A stretch of DNA of 62,922 bases, filler included, from Dirinaria sp. TL-2023a (lineage: Eukaryota): the NCBI GenBank assembly GCA_051941275.1. It is 45 parts of 45 records of this genome, joined end to end, with 100 filler letters (N's around TTAATTAATTAA, not from the genome) between each part and the next. Parts side by side here need not be neighbours in the genome. Positions count along the whole stretch, not along the records: positions 12,791 to 14,105 come from JAVEBF010002810.1; positions 14,206 to 15,520 come from JAVEBF010002811.1; positions 15,621 to 16,935 come from JAVEBF010002812.1; positions 17,036 to 18,349 come from JAVEBF010002813.1; positions 18,450 to 19,761 come from JAVEBF010002814.1; positions 19,862 to 21,170 come from JAVEBF010002815.1; positions 21,271 to 22,576 come from JAVEBF010002816.1; positions 22,677 to 23,981 come from JAVEBF010002817.1; 37 more parts are not named here. One strand, 5' to 3'. Of the stretch, positions 12,791 through 25,486 are shown piece by piece. Within the stretch, counting starts at the first letter, position 1; each line of letters begins with the position of its first letter. The position numbers were made by a program, and so were the translations under genes. The notes beneath the pieces were generated by a model. That model saw only the letters and a list, made by a program, of their open reading frames with translations, was not told the DNA's origin and did no database searches.

Positions 12791-14105
12791 AGAGCATTAT
12801 ATCATGCTTCTCGACAGCCTGAAAAGCTTGATGACGGAACTCAGAGAAGAAGCATGACGGAAAAATCAGCGTAAAAACAAGACCAAATCAAAAGAGACGC
12901 AATTTAATCATGACTCTGTCAATATGACACAATTCTCAAAGATGACAACAAGATCGCGTGAGCCAATATCAGCAATCGATCTTTCATTCTCAAAGCAACG
13001 ATCACGCTTAACGTCTAGATTGTTTCTTTCAAATACAATCGAGTCATCGACTGTTCTATCGAACAGTACTGTCACTGAATCAGTGAACGCTGTTGAGAAG
13101 GCATTCGAAACGTCTCATGTTGATCATGAGAACTTCGCGCTAAAGACTGAGGCAACATCAGCGAGAACGGACTCTGAGATGCTAGCCAGAGACCAACTGA
13201 AGCAAGAGATCGAACGCTGTAAAGAGGTCTATCGGGGGAAAAGCTTCATCGTCAACGGTGACGAACGCTCGAAGACTGTTTACTCTGACGAAATCAGTGC
13301 CTTTTTCTCCCGTTTTGAAGAAGGAACGTGGCTTAGTAATGCTAACTTGATGCCGTTGCTTTTCTCTTTCCAGTGGTCATCGACAACTCTAGTGTTGCAC
13401 AGCTCCTATATGTCATTTACAGCACCAAAAAATGGCAGTCAGTCGTTCAGTAACAGAGTACGTTGATCATTACGTCACGAACACGATCGCATTATTCTCT
13501 CATGCTGCAATGAAGCTCATTGAACGTTGTATGACGTAGATCTCGTCCGTAAATTAGTTCGGCATTATGACTTCCTGGCAGAAGATATTTCCAAATCAGA
13601 AGAAGTGGTATCCGCTATTAAAGAGCGTCTATCTCATGTCATGAAGAGATGAGAAGATTCAAATTTGAACTTTATCGTAGTCAGTGAGATAAGTGACATT
13701 TTCGTTCTTTTCTATGCTGTTTCGATCACTGAGAACTTGCAGACATCTTATCAGCAGCAGAACGATGACGATTGTGAGATTTACATGATATATAATGCTG
13801 ATTGTCTCGCCTCGAATCGAGACACACTAGAGAAGCGGATAGACGACGTTCAATTTCGATATCGTTACCTTCAACGCCTTCTCGAATTAGAACGTCAAGA
13901 GAGGAGTGAGCGGCAGATATTGAACATGATCCTTCCTCCTAACAAAACGCTTCGAATCAAGCGACGGTGAGTGCTCGAGAATATGTCAGATGATGAATCA
14001 GATCACGATCATCAAGAATCTCGAAAGAGTCGTAGAGTTGACTGAATATCTTCGTTTCATTTAGGTTCTCAAGATGCGTGAGTTGAGAAACGAAATCATC
14101 TGACC
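12791..14105 (+). pseudogene. Mutated Ulp1/C48 SUMO-protease gene
   Basis: GTWLSN...IILSCCNEAH*TLYDVD...RHYDFL...QQQNDDDCEIY gives the H-D-Q-C order of C48 peptidases; Trp codons are TGA; probable intron 13689-13742 with a mutated donor (ATAAGT). Confidence 0.8.
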
Positions 14106-14205
14106 NNNNNNNNNNNNNNNNNNNNNNNNNNNNNNNNNNNNNNNNNNNNTTAATTAATTAANNNNNNNNNNNNNNNNNNNNNNNNNNNNNNNNNNNNNNN
14201 NNNNN

Positions 14206-15520
14206 ACCACTTCCAGACGTCGAATGCCTATTTACCTGCGAATACTTCATTCTCTTCTTCTATGTGGACGATATCGCAGTTATATACTATCCTCGCGATA
14301 GTAAAAAGGTGGATGAGTTTGAGCAGAAGCTTTTCAAGACCTATGAAATGCGCCATATGAGTGAAATCGAATGATTCCTAGGCATACGAATTACACGCGA
14401 TAGGGAACGTCAGCAAATGTTCTTATGCCAAGACAGTTACATCGACAAACTCACTGTCAAATTCAATGTCAACACGTCTGCAAAACCGTCTGAAGCACCG
14501 CTGTCAAACTACATTACGCTGACCAAAAATAATGGTCAGACAACATCGCAGAAAATACTGACATATCAACAACGCATAGGTTCTATAAACTTTGCCGCAG
14601 TAACGACACGCCCAGATGTTGCTTTTGCAGCATCAAAACTTGCAGAGTTCCTTACAAACCCTTCGGAGCAACACATTGAACAGGCTAATAGGGTTCTAAG
14701 ATACTTAGCGCACACAAAGATCTATGTCATTGTCTTTGACGGCCAGGCAAGCAACATCGACACAATCTTTCTAGGGTCATCAGACGCCTCATTCGCCGAT
14801 GATGTTGACACACGTCAAAACTCAAACGGGTATTGCTTCAAACTCTTTGATGGCATGATCGACTCGAAGGCATTCAAACAGAAAACGGTTACCACTAGCT
14901 CTACCGAAGCAGAGCTGCTTGCCATGTCAATGTCAGGAAGCACTAAGATGTGGTGGGACCGATTCTTTGAAGCAATACAAATGAACATGGGAGAGCCTAC
15001 CTATATACAATGCGATAACCGCCAAACGATAAGGGCCTTCACCAAATCGGAGGCACATATGACTACAAAACTGCGCCATGTTGACATACATCGTCACTGG
15101 CTGCGTCAAGAAGTGCAAAAAGACAACATCAACATCGAATGAGTTTCAACAACGAAAATCCTAGCGGACGGCCTCACAAAGGCGTTGTCACCGCAACGAC
15201 ATCAAGAATTCCTAAAACTCATCGGGTTACGAGCCATACAACCTGAGGCACCTCCTAAAACAATAAAAGAGGAGAATAACAACATCGAGAACCATGTCAA
15301 CAAGGGCATAAACAAAGATGCAAATGACCCTGTGGATAAGGAGGCATAGGAGCACTCACTATGGTGATATGCTCCTAAAGGGGTGTGTAAAACCGAGACC
15401 GGGTGGACCGATTCGCCACCAAATGTGAAAAGTTGACGAAAACGGTTAGCCTCCGCAAGATGGCAGTCCTCGGAAACGCTAGTGCTCAGGTAATGGATAA
15501 TAGATATAGGCAGTGGCCCG
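14206..15520 (+). mobile_element. Ty1/Copia RT-RNase H, PPT and start of 3' LTR (~15386)
   Basis: FYVDDI, TRPDVAFA, SDASFADD, SSTEAEL, HVDIHRHWLRQ and ADGLTKAL motifs; two TGA stops at Trp sites; AAAGGGGTG before TGTAAAACC. Confidence 0.95.
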
Positions 15521-15818
15521 NNNNNNNNNNNNNNNNNNNNNNNNNNNNNNNNNNNNNNNNNNNNTTAATTAATTAANNNNNNNNNNNNNNNNNNNNNNNN
15601 NNNNNNNNNNNNNNNNNNNNGCATCATCAGCGTATAGATCGACAACTCATCATCTGTCAGTCTCTTTAAGAAACTTGCGTGCCGCGTCTAGACGATGTCT
15701 TTCATGCAGAACTTGTAGAGAGAACTTCGATACAAATCACCGCGATTCTTCAAAGATATTGATGTCGTCTTCGTCGCGACGGCTTGCTTCGATTAGAGCG
15801 GAACGAGATACTAGAGCA

Positions 15819-16276
15819 TGTCAAAGACCCAACCTTGGTTAGATAGGTTTCCCAATGGTAAAAGTCCCGGCAGCGCCAAAAGACTAACTAAACCAAGTCA
15901 AGGGACTTGGTGCCTATCTTACTACTTAGATGTTTCAGGGTCGTAACACTACTCGGATCCCTTTCTGAGCTTCGTCTCGAAGCTCAGCACTCAGGATGTG
16001 AGTAGGAGATTCGCCTTAAGTGAAAAGATTAAGTAGTCGCCTCGAGCTTAGATAAACTCTCAGTCACAAGTCCTCGCCGAAACAATTCTTTAAGCGTTCG
16101 GACGAAATCGAACTCAGAACTTTGCGATCGGATTGACTTGATTTAATGTCAAAGACTCAACCTTGATTAGATAGATTTCCCAATAATAAAAATCTCGGCA
16201 GCGCCAAAAGACTAACTAAATCAAGTCAAGGGACTTGATGCCTATCTTACTACTTAGGTGTTCCAGGGTCGTAATA
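15819..16276 (-). mobile_element. TRIM-1, short-internal subfamily (LTRs 15819-15948 and 16147-16276)
   Basis: Two 130-bp family A LTRs around a 198-bp non-coding internal region partly homologous to 27129-27383. Confidence 0.9.
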
Positions 16277-16284
16277 CTACTCAG

Positions 16285-16935
16285 TATTTCTTATACTTCA
16301 TTGAATCGAAAAATAGCGACGAATTTATGCTGATCGAAAATTCTTATGAGTCGACACGAAAAATATTAACATCATCGATTTATTTCGCTGATGAGCTGTT
16401 GAATCGCATGAACAGTAATTCAACTATGTGATATCAAATCATTCTGAACGAAAGAGCTCGAGTATTGACAGTTTACAATATCATCAAGAATCACGAGAAA
16501 ATCATTAAGAATCAGAAACGAGTTTACGCGTCACTGAATGACGAGAAGATCGTTCTTGAAACAAGTCTAAAGAATAAGAAACAGGATTTGAAAGCAGCAA
16601 ACGAAACAATAAATCGTCTTCGTCGTCGTCGAGACGCTTTTCAAGACGAAATAAAAGAAGTGCGAGAAGATTGAACGAAGCTGAATCGTCAATATCTAGA
16701 GCTTTAAGATCACTATAGAGCGCTTCAAAACGATCGAGAGAAGAAGAGAAACAAAACTATACGTTATCTCTCGCTCGATCTTGATTACGACAGCAATGAA
16801 GAGAGCCAAGAAGTTTCTCAATCTCATTTTCGCATTTCACAACTCACTCTTTCTAATTTTTTGTTAAGCGGTCACGCTCATTCAAGTCAGACTCCACTGA
16901 GTATCGCGTATCAGACTCATCGTCTGAAGCAAGAC
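16285..16935 (+). mobile_element. Degraded gag-like coiled-coil region
   Basis: Heptad-rich ORF 16465-16674 with TGA interruptions; CC/GG depleted. Confidence 0.5.
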
Positions 16936-17937
16936 NNNNNNNNNNNNNNNNNNNNNNNNNNNNNNNNNNNNNNNNNNNNTTAATTAATTAANNNNNNNNN
17001 NNNNNNNNNNNNNNNNNNNNNNNNNNNNNNNNNNNGCTTTACTATCCACACCACCTTCGCCTGCCCACTTATTGCCCTCCATCTATCAATACCTCTCTCT
17101 CAAAAATTTTCCTAACACCCTCAACCTCCTTTAACCATTTGTCTGTTTGACAATGGAGTAATCAGTTCATGGTCATCGCGTGAAATGATCGTTGCTTGAA
17201 AGAAACTCGCGCTCTTGTTAAGGAAGAGAGATGGATAGATCTTAAGCCCGAGACATTAATGAGGTCCCATGCATTGTCATTCGAGGATGGGTAGTAGTTT
17301 GGGGGCAAGGGCGGTGTGTCAGTAGAGTAGGGTGGTGTGGGGAGGCAGGCGTGTGTTGTAGATATCTTTTCTCTTGAGATCAGGATACGGGGGACCGGGT
17401 GTTTTGGTAATGAGTGTACTCTTGCGTGTGGCTTTTGTGGATGATTCCGGCGGCAAGATATCTAATGCAATTGATATCAGTTGCGGAATAGATATCCCGC
17501 GTGGCGAGACTCTCATCATTCTTTCTTTTCTTTCGTACTTCCCTTAAGAAAGCTTCTCGTTGCATGGATAATGTCGTGCTGTAATGCAACTGTGTGAAGT
17601 ATATATAGTCGCTGGAATCTAACGAGTGGCTATTAGGCGGAGCCAAATCCTACACCAGGGTCTTTTGCTTAAAAATTTGAAGAGAAAGAAGAGAGATATA
17701 CCAACATCGCGGGAAATCAAGAAAATTTACAGCCTCCATTAATACCCAGACCACCTGGCTGAATGTTTTTAACCATCCCTCCACTTCATCCAATTTCGCT
17801 CGCGCTAGAGTAGATCAGACATAGAAGGTTTCGATACCACACCGCGCTGACCCAGCAACATGCTCACTGTTTGTAGTCCATCGAGCGGCAGGTAGTGAAA
17901 TCGATGTGCTTAACAGTACTCGCTTCTGAAACAGAGC

Positions 17938-18349
17938 CTATATGGATTCTTGGACCGTCCCACTTCTCTCATTATCATGGGAGACATCTTCGATCCTCCT
18001 GCGGCTCGCGATCTTGTCTTCCAGCATTTCTACGATTTCATCGTACCCGTATTTTTTTGCAAGCGAAAGTGGACTGTCCCCAAACTCATCTTCCCAGTCC
18101 AATTCCGCGACCTCACGCTCAAGCAAAAGTTTGACTATGGTGGTACGATTATATCGAATCGCGTACCAAAGTGGTGTCCTGCCTCGAAGATCCAAATGCT
18201 CCGCTTCCACATCATCTCGATTGAGCAGCATTTTCACTATGTCTGCGTGTTCTGCTTCTGTCGCATAAGATAAAGGAGTTCGTCCGTATTTGTCTTGATG
18301 ATCTGCTTGCACATCATCTCGATTGAGCAGCATTTCTACAATGTCTTTG
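17938..18349 (-). CDS. Ankyrin-repeat protein, C-terminal part
   Basis: GRTPLSYA, GRTPLWYA and GDSPLSLA repeats at ~34-aa spacing. Confidence 0.9.
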
Positions 18350-21270
18350 NNNNNNNNNNNNNNNNNNNNNNNNNNNNNNNNNNNNNNNNNNNNTTAATTA
18401 ATTAANNNNNNNNNNNNNNNNNNNNNNNNNNNNNNNNNNNNNNNNNNNNCTTAAGGGAAATGAGATCAATATCTCCGTCGCTACACTCCTCTTCCTGGGA
18501 TTCGACGGAAGACAAAATCTAGTGTGGGATTGCCGGTTGCTTCACCTCGATTTAGACGGGTATTCGTTTAAGTTATGAAACCTTAAGAGAGCACCCGTGT
18601 TCAAGCTGCTCGAGCCAAGTCCGTGGAGAGCTTGTTCATCAGCATTCGCGAAAGCGAAGCGACAAATTGTCAGCAAAGAACCAATAGAAGATGCCGTCCC
18701 TCCAGGGCGATGATGGGCACACTCAGCAGAATAATTCTTACCTGAGAACCACAGATTATATGTTTCTTAGCCACGATTCTAATCACTGGCGAATTAAGGC
18801 GACCTGTGTGACTCGTCTTCTGATAGCCTTTGCAAGTCATAGATGAAGATTTGGGTCGAAATTATGCGGTTAGAACAGCAATCGCTTCGATTACATCTCT
18901 AGCTTGGAAAGAAGGAACGAGAAGTTCGAAATCTATCAAGTACTATGACACAGCCAACAGCATTGATGTCCTAGATGATGGCTTTGCGTTTTGGGTAGTG
19001 AGTATACTTTAAGCTAAGTTCTCCCGTCTTTTTTGAGTTAAATTTCATTCTGTTTTCAGGTTTTGAATTTCCATTAGCGGATCGGTTTCCCATTCACACT
19101 CAGTGACTGAGTACACTGTGACTCACAAAGTACTTAAGTCAGATAAACACTTTTTCCAGAGAATTTGGCGATCTTAAACACTGCCGCTATACACATTGCC
19201 TCTTCAATCTCACTAGAAACGCTTTACCAGCTTGTATGAAAAGCTACTTCGTAAAATATTTCCATTGAGCGATTGTCCAAAATACGAGCGTCGGTGCTTA
19301 CATGATCACGTCGTCACTACCTTCAAGAAAACATTAATGATAACAATGGAGCAAGAAACCCGATGAAGCGATAATCTTGAGAACGGTCTATAACATTGGA
19401 ACAATGGCTACTACTGCTCAGAATTACTTCAAGCCAAGACTCATACCTTCAGTTGGCGGGAATGTCAAGCAGCCATTGAATCATCAGACATTTTCCCAGC
19501 AGTTAGCAGCGCCAAAGTAACTTCGTTACCTGTCGTGGTGAACTTAAAACGAACCTCAACTTCGAAGCACGAAGTCTAAGTCTGAAGCATCTCAAGCTGA
19601 CATCTACTTAGTTCAAAAGCCAGCTGTCAAGGACATTCTAATGATTACTTTGGAACGTTTCAACATAATGCGAGACCGCCACAACTTGGAAAGGGACAAT
19701 TCTGAAATCTTATTCGTATCGCGGGTGTAATGGCTCACACAGATCAGACTTTGTATCTCTTNNNNNNNNNNNNNNNNNNNNNNNNNNNNNNNNNNNNNNN
19801 NNNNNTTAATTAATTAANNNNNNNNNNNNNNNNNNNNNNNNNNNNNNNNNNNNNNNNNNNNGAAAAGGAACCGACTCCTCTCTCTCTTTCTCATTGGGCA
19901 CAGTCCTTTCACAGGACAAGATGTCAGAGGCGCAATCGCTTATTTTCGGCGCTGCGTCCTCCACGGTTGGTCTGACGACTGTTGCACCAACATCTTGCAA
20001 TTTTCAGCTTGGGCCTTAAGATGGATCCTTGAATCATCCTCGTTGAGCTGCTGGTGGCAGAACGGGGTATAATATGTTCATGCAACCGACCAATATTTCG
20101 GTAAGTGTGGGAAGCTGATTATGATCTTTCGTTGTCGGAATTTCCGTTGGCAAAGATCTTCGAATGCAGCCATGCTAGAATCAAACAATCCGGAAGAGCG
20201 TAAAGCGAGAGACTTGGCTTATTTATTCAAGCTTGCCGACGAGAGACTCGCCACGGCTGACATGAATTGTCCACCAAGCTCCAATCTTCGTGCATCGAAG
20301 TGGTATGAGAAGGGAAATACAACCTCTATCTTCAATCGCTAAATGATTCAAGTCAACATACTTGCACAGCTAGCCATCGTCTTCTCACGCATTTGTCTGA
20401 CATGGACAAGGAATGTCTATAATTCAGCAATTGACCAGTTATTATCACGAGTAAAGCCTATGCAAAGCACTTGAAAGAGACTTTGCTGCTCTGCGCACAA
20501 CGCGAGCTTCTAAACCGCGGTGTCATAGAGAGTATCAGAATGCAGATTTGGGAGTCGTACTATCAGTAGAAGCATTCAATGAGCATGTCAACCTCACTTG
20601 GTGTCATCGTCAGAGGACTTGTAAGAGCGGAATGCCATCTACTTAGTTAGATAGCCTGGAGACTGTCTGTTAAGCCTTGCTTCTACTCCGCCAAGGTCAG
20701 CTCTGACAGATCCAAATTGAAGGATTGTGTCTCGGTAGCCGCTTTTATGTGGACTTGTTATCCTTCCCTCTTAAAGTCAGCTACCAAAAGATCAGAAACG
20801 GCGGCGGTGGTAGTAAGATGCACACTTTGAATGAGGGAAGGGGAATCGGAAATATGGAGAGAGAAAAAGCATGCCTTGCCAAGGCCGGAAGGCGGAATCT
20901 TGCCGGAGGACCAAGACAGCCTCGGGGCGGAACTTTCCGCTCCGCTGTCACGCTCGTCACGCTCGTCACGCTACTTTATTGATACTGTAGAGCCTTTACA
21001 TCAGGCGCGATCAAACCCTCCTCCTGTCTAACGCCCAAAAATGAGCGAGCTCTTACAGTTCATTCTCAGCTCCAGCGAGCAATTCAGAAGGTCCCTACCA
21101 TCCACGTCCAAAAAAGCCTCTACTAACATGCCCCCAGTGCTCGCCTCCCCTCACTCTACTCAGACTTCAGNNNNNNNNNNNNNNNNNNNNNNNNNNNNNN
21201 NNNNNNNNNNNNNNTTAATTAATTAANNNNNNNNNNNNNNNNNNNNNNNNNNNNNNNNNNNNNNNNNNNN

Positions 21271-22576
21271 TCTCGTAGAGTCTGGTTCTGGGCTTCTAGA
21301 TCCTGAATACGCTGATTGATGTCGGGTCTCAAGGTATTAGGACTGCTTTGGTTATCAGCACCTTGCTGTGAGTCGTCGGTGCCGTTCTGCGGGCGGTTGC
21401 GAATAATCTCAAAGTCGCCTTCTTCGGGGAGCTGACTATCCACCACTTCTTGTGAAGTCGCCATACTATCGCACTCCGGGCCTTTCCCTTAAGAAAGGTA
21501 AGGAGTGATTAGAACTGTAAGGTAGCACCCGCCGGTTACACGCCGGCTTGTACTTGGGTATGAAAGACGTGAAGTGCAATAAGCTTGCTATCTAGACTAT
21601 AGTTCTTGCTAGAACTAATCACTAAGGAACCACCAGGAAATGTGGGTGGTCTCCTATACTTAACTGCGGGCTCTGGCAATGCCCCACCATGATGCCCCGC
21701 ATCAGGTGCCCCGCTCTAGAATACAGAAGCAACACAGTAGTTATCGCCCATATGCGCTGGCTCTCAACTGGCGCTCCGTATATGGCTTGGCAAGCCCCTG
21801 CCAGTCCCAAGGCTGCACCTAGGCAACTAGCGGCTTGGCGGCGCTAACCCACTAACCCAGCCCCAAGACCATTGCTTGGTATCCGGCTGCTTGGCGGCGC
21901 TAGCCCGCATCGGTCAACATATACAAACCGACCAAGTACCACTGTTACAGTTGCCTCCTCTCCTGAGCACTGGTCTCCAGTGCATGAATCAGGTAACCTG
22001 TACCTCCAAGAGCTCATTAAAAACCTCCCAAACCATTTTGGAATTTGAGGAGGAAAAGAGTCCCTTAGCGCCATCGCGGCGCCCATGCAAAGCCAATAAA
22101 ACCTCCAAAACCCATAGGGAAAAAGGAGGAAAATGCCTTGTAAACAAACACAATAACAGCCCATTTCGTAGTCCGCCAACGCGCTTGCCATTGTTGTCAT
22201 TGTTGTGGTAAATCAACAACGCTAGCTCGTAGCCATTGTAAACAACATAGGCGCGTACCAGCGCAGAGTGTGCTCATGGGAGGTAAACAAACTAGTATAT
22301 AGATTGTTTTCCTTCCAAATTTTCTTTCTTCTTTTCTTTTTTCTTTCCCCAACCTGTCCCATAATATCATTGGTAAGTATCACCTTGACCGCTGCTGTTG
22401 AGCCTGCTAATCGTCCTATGTGAGTTCAAGGACTAGTTTACCAGTTTTTGTAAGTGATGAACCTGCGCTCCGCTGGCGCGCGTGATGCTGATGTTGGTTG
22501 GGCAGATTTTTCGAACATATCACCACCACCACCAACAATGGAGTTCGGAAATATGTGTAAGAGCTGGCTTTCCAAC
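21271..22576 (-). mobile_element. Unmutated D-related LTR (21516-21949) with PPT on one side and PBS + gag start (21464) on the other
   Basis: TGTAAGG...GTTACA ends; gag MATSQEVV... resembles 28289-28565; minus-strand purine tract GGAGAGGAGGCAAC directly before the LTR. Confidence 0.8.
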
Positions 22577-24081
22577 NNNNNNNNNNNNNNNNNNNNNNNN
22601 NNNNNNNNNNNNNNNNNNNNTTAATTAATTAANNNNNNNNNNNNNNNNNNNNNNNNNNNNNNNNNNNNNNNNNNNNTCGCTGGTGGTGGCCGTCAGCCAG
22701 CCGCCAATACTCCTCGGCTGCTGGCAAAGAATGAGAACAGGCACAGGCCAGAGAACAAAATAGAACTGACGGAATGGAGGCAAAAAAGCATGCTCGCTTG
22801 TTTTATCATCCTTTGAAGCTTTTGACCGAATAGACTTTCAAGTAAGTTCATCATGCTAATCTTCCACATGGTCCAGTTCGAATTGAGTGGTTAGACTTCG
22901 GAACCCAACTTTCTCTTCGATCAGAAACCAAACTGGTATTATGCGGACACGATGATCTATTCAATCTGATACATAGAATAAAATGTAATTGAGAGATGAG
23001 GGAGTCGTAAACACTCTCTCGAATGGAATATAAAGAAATAAGGTTGAGAAATCTGAGTCATGGCCAGAGCTAGAGAAACTTTCGAGAAACCTCGAAGATT
23101 ATCTGTCAATTACAATCTTGTGACCCTCGGAGCCCCATACTCTCCATTTCATGCTTTGGTAGCTTGCTCTGAAGTCTCGGCTTTCATGAGGTTCTTTTCT
23201 TTTTTGAAGAGGGTGTCTATTCTTTCTTTCTTTCTTTCTTTTGTTTAGATAACATTCGAAGCCAGCCTGATCTCAATGATAACTTGTTGGTTGGTTCAGA
23301 GCCTGTTTCTTCCTCTCTTCTGTTAGTGTATCCGTCAGCTGCTGACCTTTCGCATTCCATCCAATACTTGAGGGAGTCACGACTGCAAATGACCGGTATC
23401 TCTTTTGTATGCCAAGTAGGAACCTTTGCATATTTCGAAAGACAGGCTGGGCACTTTTCCCAAAATGTTCCTCAATGTCTTTGGATATGATTGCGCCATT
23501 GCGCATGCTCGAATTACGGTCTCTTTCTTTGCCAAAGTTCCGTTGTGTCCCAGCTTCCAAATTATGCTCTCGTACCCCATAAAGAAAAGGATGATGTGTG
23601 CGGTGACTCTCTAAGGCCGGACACTATACCATCGCTGTAATACAGCGGCTGTATCAGCATATGGTGACATATTGGGTAATTTCCCGCAAATCACTGCAAA
23701 GCTGTTATGTGACGCAATGCCCTTGGATGCCCGGACACAGGCAATTGTCTTCCTTTCAAGTGCGTTGCAGTGATCTGTCAGCGTTCGGATCAATTCTGTT
23801 CCGTTGAGAGAATCAAGAGAAGGATAAAAGTTATTGTCGATCGAGCGATTACTCGATATAAAAGATTCTTCTTCTGAGACTCTCAGATGATTTGATCGCG
23901 TCGATAATTGAGTCGGCGCAAATTTGACGTGAGTGATGCTCATGTCGAATCGCCTTTTTGTTATACGCTTGAATCGTAGTANNNNNNNNNNNNNNNNNNN
24001 NNNNNNNNNNNNNNNNNNNNNNNNNTTAATTAATTAANNNNNNNNNNNNNNNNNNNNNNNNNNNNNNNNNNNNNNNNNNNN

Positions 24082-25386
24082 GTTCCGCAGCAGCTACCGG
24101 GGCCGTGGGGAGGGGAGAAGTACAAGTGCGACAGAACCATGGCGATACCTTTCTCGAAACGCCCAGCAACCCGCCGGGCGCGAAGTATACATTGAAGCCG
24201 TTGAGCACGGTCATACCCTACGACCCGAATCTGAAACCATTCACGAGTACTGCGCAGACATTATCCACCACCAGCACCACGCGCAGGCACAAGCACTCCG
24301 GAGGATCCTTTCACACCTTCACCCCTGAATCGGTGGAAGAAACGCCGACAAAAGTCGTGACACGAACCCGAGTCCACGACTCCAACCGCACCTTACTCAC
24401 AACCCACTCTCCACCGAGGAGCAGCAGGACAGCAGCGGCAGTGGCATCGAGTCTCCAACCTTCCGCCAATGAGGCGCCAGTACACACCACCGATGAAGTC
24501 CACACCCACATCCCAACGGGCTCAGTCTCCAAGGACCCATCGATCCATTTCCACTCTCCTCCCACTGCTGCAACAACAACAACAGACCCCAAAGCCCCCG
24601 AAACGTCTGCGACGGGCCTGAATCCCACCTCTCCAATCCCAAACCCATTTCCTCCTCCCCATCCTCCTCCAGGGGCGGGCCCACATCCACCACTGCAAGC
24701 CGGCGGCAGCGGCCAAGGACATCATAACATGCACGCCGTACCCCACGCGACACTGCCCCGGATCCGAACATTCATCGACCGCGCGATCGGGCACGCGAAA
24801 GCGCATTTTTTCGGTCGGGTTCCCGTGGTCGCCCCGCCTTCTCCTCCTTCCTCAATCCAGCACCAGAAACCGGCACCTCCCGAAGCGCAAGGGATCTCAA
24901 GTCGGAGTAATAACAGTAAGAAAAGTAGTGGAAGTACCTTACGCCCCTCCACCGCCCTCGCAATCCTAGGCTTCATCCTCACAGTCGGCGTGCTGCTGAG
25001 CTGGACTTCGGCGGTCGCGGTCCCGTGGCCTCCTTCATCTTCGTCCTCTTCAGAAAAGCAGCATCAGAACCCAACTCTCACGCAGAGAGAAGTCGCTGCT
25101 GCATCTTCCGCAGCGCTGCGCGCCAGCGCATCCCTCCCCCCCCTCACACTCACATTCGCACTAGGGCTTTTCTTCATATTCGTAGATGCTGCTGCCGCTG
25201 CTTCTATATCACCCCCCTTGCTCATGACCTTCCTCTCCTCCCTTCCCGGGCCCGTATACGGCTGTCCTACCCCGCCGCAGGCGAAACCCTTTTCTTTTTC
25301 TGGAATTTTAGCGGGAAGGGGAGGAGGGGGGATGAGGTTATCGCTTGCTGCGATCGCGATCTCGATGATTGCGTTGGGGGTTTCGT
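24082..25386 (+). CDS. Hypothetical Pro/Ser/Thr-rich protein with hydrophobic segments, partial
   Basis: One frame is open across the whole contig; no recognisable domain. Confidence 0.5.
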
Positions 25387-25486
25387 NNNNNNNNNNNNNN
25401 NNNNNNNNNNNNNNNNNNNNNNNNNNNNNNTTAATTAATTAANNNNNNNNNNNNNNNNNNNNNNNNNNNNNNNNNNNNNNNNNNNN

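Noticed and set aside
14206..15240. TGA read as Trp (alternative genetic code)
   Set aside because: TGA at Trp sites occurs only in repeats and pseudogenes; intact genes use TGG and end with TGA. G>A mutation explains it.
18450..21170. Short ORFs in two GC-normal contigs (similarly 22677-23981, 31084-32378, 42231-43522, 47796-49083, 50572-51858, 56118-57401)
   Set aside because: No recognisable domains or consistent exon structure; left uncalled as intergenic or decayed sequence.
24311..24982. Multiple overlapping antisense ORFs (also 32543-33205 and 55056-55915)
   Set aside because: Shadow ORFs of GC-rich coding sequence on another frame or strand.
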